Assembly (NCBI GenBank): GCA_017434855.1
Contig: JAFRUA010000067.1
Coordinates: 1,618 to 65,617, forward strand
Direction of reading: 5' to 3'
DNA: 64,000 bases
From: Clostridia bacterium
GTDB taxonomy: Bacteria; Bacillota; Clostridia; Oscillospirales; Acutalibacteraceae
The position numbers and the translations under genes are program-made. The notes beneath the pieces are model-generated. The model did no database searches. It was given only the letters and a program-made list of their open reading frames with translations, and was not told the DNA's origin. The first letter of the stretch is position 1. Each line of letters opens with the position of its first letter. Below, piece after piece: positions 62,978-64,000 of this stretch.

Positions 62978-64000
62978 ATGGCGTCAAAAACCAAATCCGT
63001 CTTTGTTTGTGAAAACTGCGGCTGTGAATCCCCGAAATGGCTCGGAAAATGCCCATCCTGCGGCGAATGGAACACGATGCAGGAGGAAGTGCGCGTTACC
63101 CAGCCGGCGGCAGCGGCGCAAAAGCCGGCCAAACCAACCGCCGCGCTGCGGTCTTATCCGCTGTCGCAGATCAAGCCGGACACCGAGCTGCGCTACACCA
63201 CCGGCATGGAGGAGCTGGACCGCGTGCTGGGCGGCGGCATTGTCAAGGGCTCGCTGGTGCTGCTCAGCGGCGACCCGGGCATCGGCAAATCCACCATCCT
63301 TTTGCAGGTCTGCCGGGCGCTCGGCAGCGCGATGGACGTGCTGTATGTTTCCGGCGAGGAGTCTTATCACCAGATCAAGCTGCGCGCCGACCGGCTGGGC
63401 GTGACTGCGGCGGGCATCCGCCTGCTTTGCGAAACGGACGTGCAGGCGATCTGCGATCATATTTTGCAGCAAACGCCGGGGCTGGTCATCATCGACTCCA
63501 TCCAGACGATGAACCACACGGACCTGTCGTCGTCGCCGGGCAGCATCACCCAGGTGCGCGAAAGCACCAATCTTTTGATGCGCACCGCAAAGTCGCTGTC
63601 GATCCCGATCATCATTGTGGGCCATGTCAACAAGGACGGCAACATTGCCGGGCCCAAGGTGCTGGAACACATCGTGGATGCCGTTTTGTATTTTGAAGGG
63701 GAGCGCAACCTGTCGTTCCGCATTCTGCGTGCAGTCAAGAACCGCTACGGCTCCACCAACGAGATCGGCGTGTTTGAAATGACCGACTGCGGCCTGCAGG
63801 AGGTCAAGAACCCGTCGGAAGCACTGATCGCCGGCCGGCCGAAAAATACGCCCGGCACCTGCGTGGCCTGCGTGATGGAAGGGTCGCGCCCGCTTTTGGC
63901 AGAGATTCAGGGCCTTGTCACGCCGACAAGCTACGGCAACCCGCGCCGCATGAGCAACGGCTTTGACTATAACCGCATGGCGATGCTCATTGCGGTGCTG
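62978..64000 (+). CDS. radA: DNA repair protein RadA/Sms, 3'-truncated by the window edge
   Basis: My own translation gives MASKTKSVFVCENCGCESPKWLGKCPSCGEWNTM (zinc ribbon) ... GSLVLLSGDPGIGKSTILLQ (Walker A). The frame stays open to nt 64000. It is not in the ORF track because no stop lies in the window. Confidence 0.9.
   Translation, partial: MASKTKSVFVCENCGCESPKWLGKCPSCGEWNTMQEEVRVTQPAAAAQKPAKPTAALRSYPLSQIKPDTELRYTTGMEELDRVLGGGIVKGSLVLLSGDPGIGKSTILLQVCRALGSAMDVLYVSGEESYHQIKLRADRLGVTAAGIRLLCETDVQAICDHILQQTPGLVIIDSIQTMNHTDLSSSPGSITQVRESTNLLMRTAKSLSIPIIIVGHVNKDGNIAGPKVLEHIVDAVLYFEGERNLSFRILRAVKNRYGSTNEIGVFEMTDCGLQEVKNPSEALIAGRPKNTPGTCVACVMEGSRPLLAEIQGLVTPTSYGNPRRMSNGFDYNRMAMLIAVL

Overview
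GC-rich, densely coding chromosomal window of a Clostridia-type Firmicute. Evidence for this: Shine-Dalgarno-led genes, a cwlD-like spore-cortex amidase, and Oscillospirales-like gene content. No organism call is possible without a database.

Layout:
(1) 1-20.4 kb is an accessory surface-protein locus. It holds a 5'-truncated SHIRT-repeat protein, a TnpV-like gene remnant, and a divergent AgrC-like histidine kinase / LytTR response regulator pair. The regulator runs straight into three secreted proteins of 1413, 3479 and 306 aa.
(2) 20.4-31.5 kb is an apparent operon: small membrane protein, MATE exporter, a 2.2k-aa dimodular NRPS ending in a reductase, then a fused PP2C-phosphatase/RsbW-kinase sensor and a STAS protein.
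(3) 31.8-40.2 kb holds housekeeping and miscellaneous enzymes.
(4) 40.2-51.5 kb is a tungsten/molybdenum-cofactor island with two divergent operons. One is tupABC-moeA-moeA(PBP fusion)-moaC-moaA-MOSC behind a candidate Moco/Tuco riboswitch. The other is mog-thiF-like-AOR-moaD-like-ferredoxin.
(5) 51.5-64 kb holds a GH2 hydrolase, an SNF transporter, an XRE regulator, hemolysin-III, a truncated four-helix-bundle gene, a four-tRNA operon, a transglutaminase-like protein, a DUF4358-MBOAT-DHHW triad, cwlD and the start of radA.

Most interesting signals:
- A perfect 20-bp inverted repeat brackets the 131-bp spacer in front of the 3479-aa surface-protein gene. This is a cwpV/flgB-switch-like inverton candidate.
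- All four secreted proteins of the locus share an aromatic amphipathic C-terminal tail, and no known wall-anchor motif is visible.
- The 1413-aa protein contains unassigned Cys/His modules, including 8 near-identical tandem coding repeats.
- The reductase-terminated NRPS is physically coupled to a partner-switching module.

No CRISPR array and no intact transposase, integrase or prophage were seen. Many long ORFs in the track are antisense shadows of GC-rich genes and were rejected.
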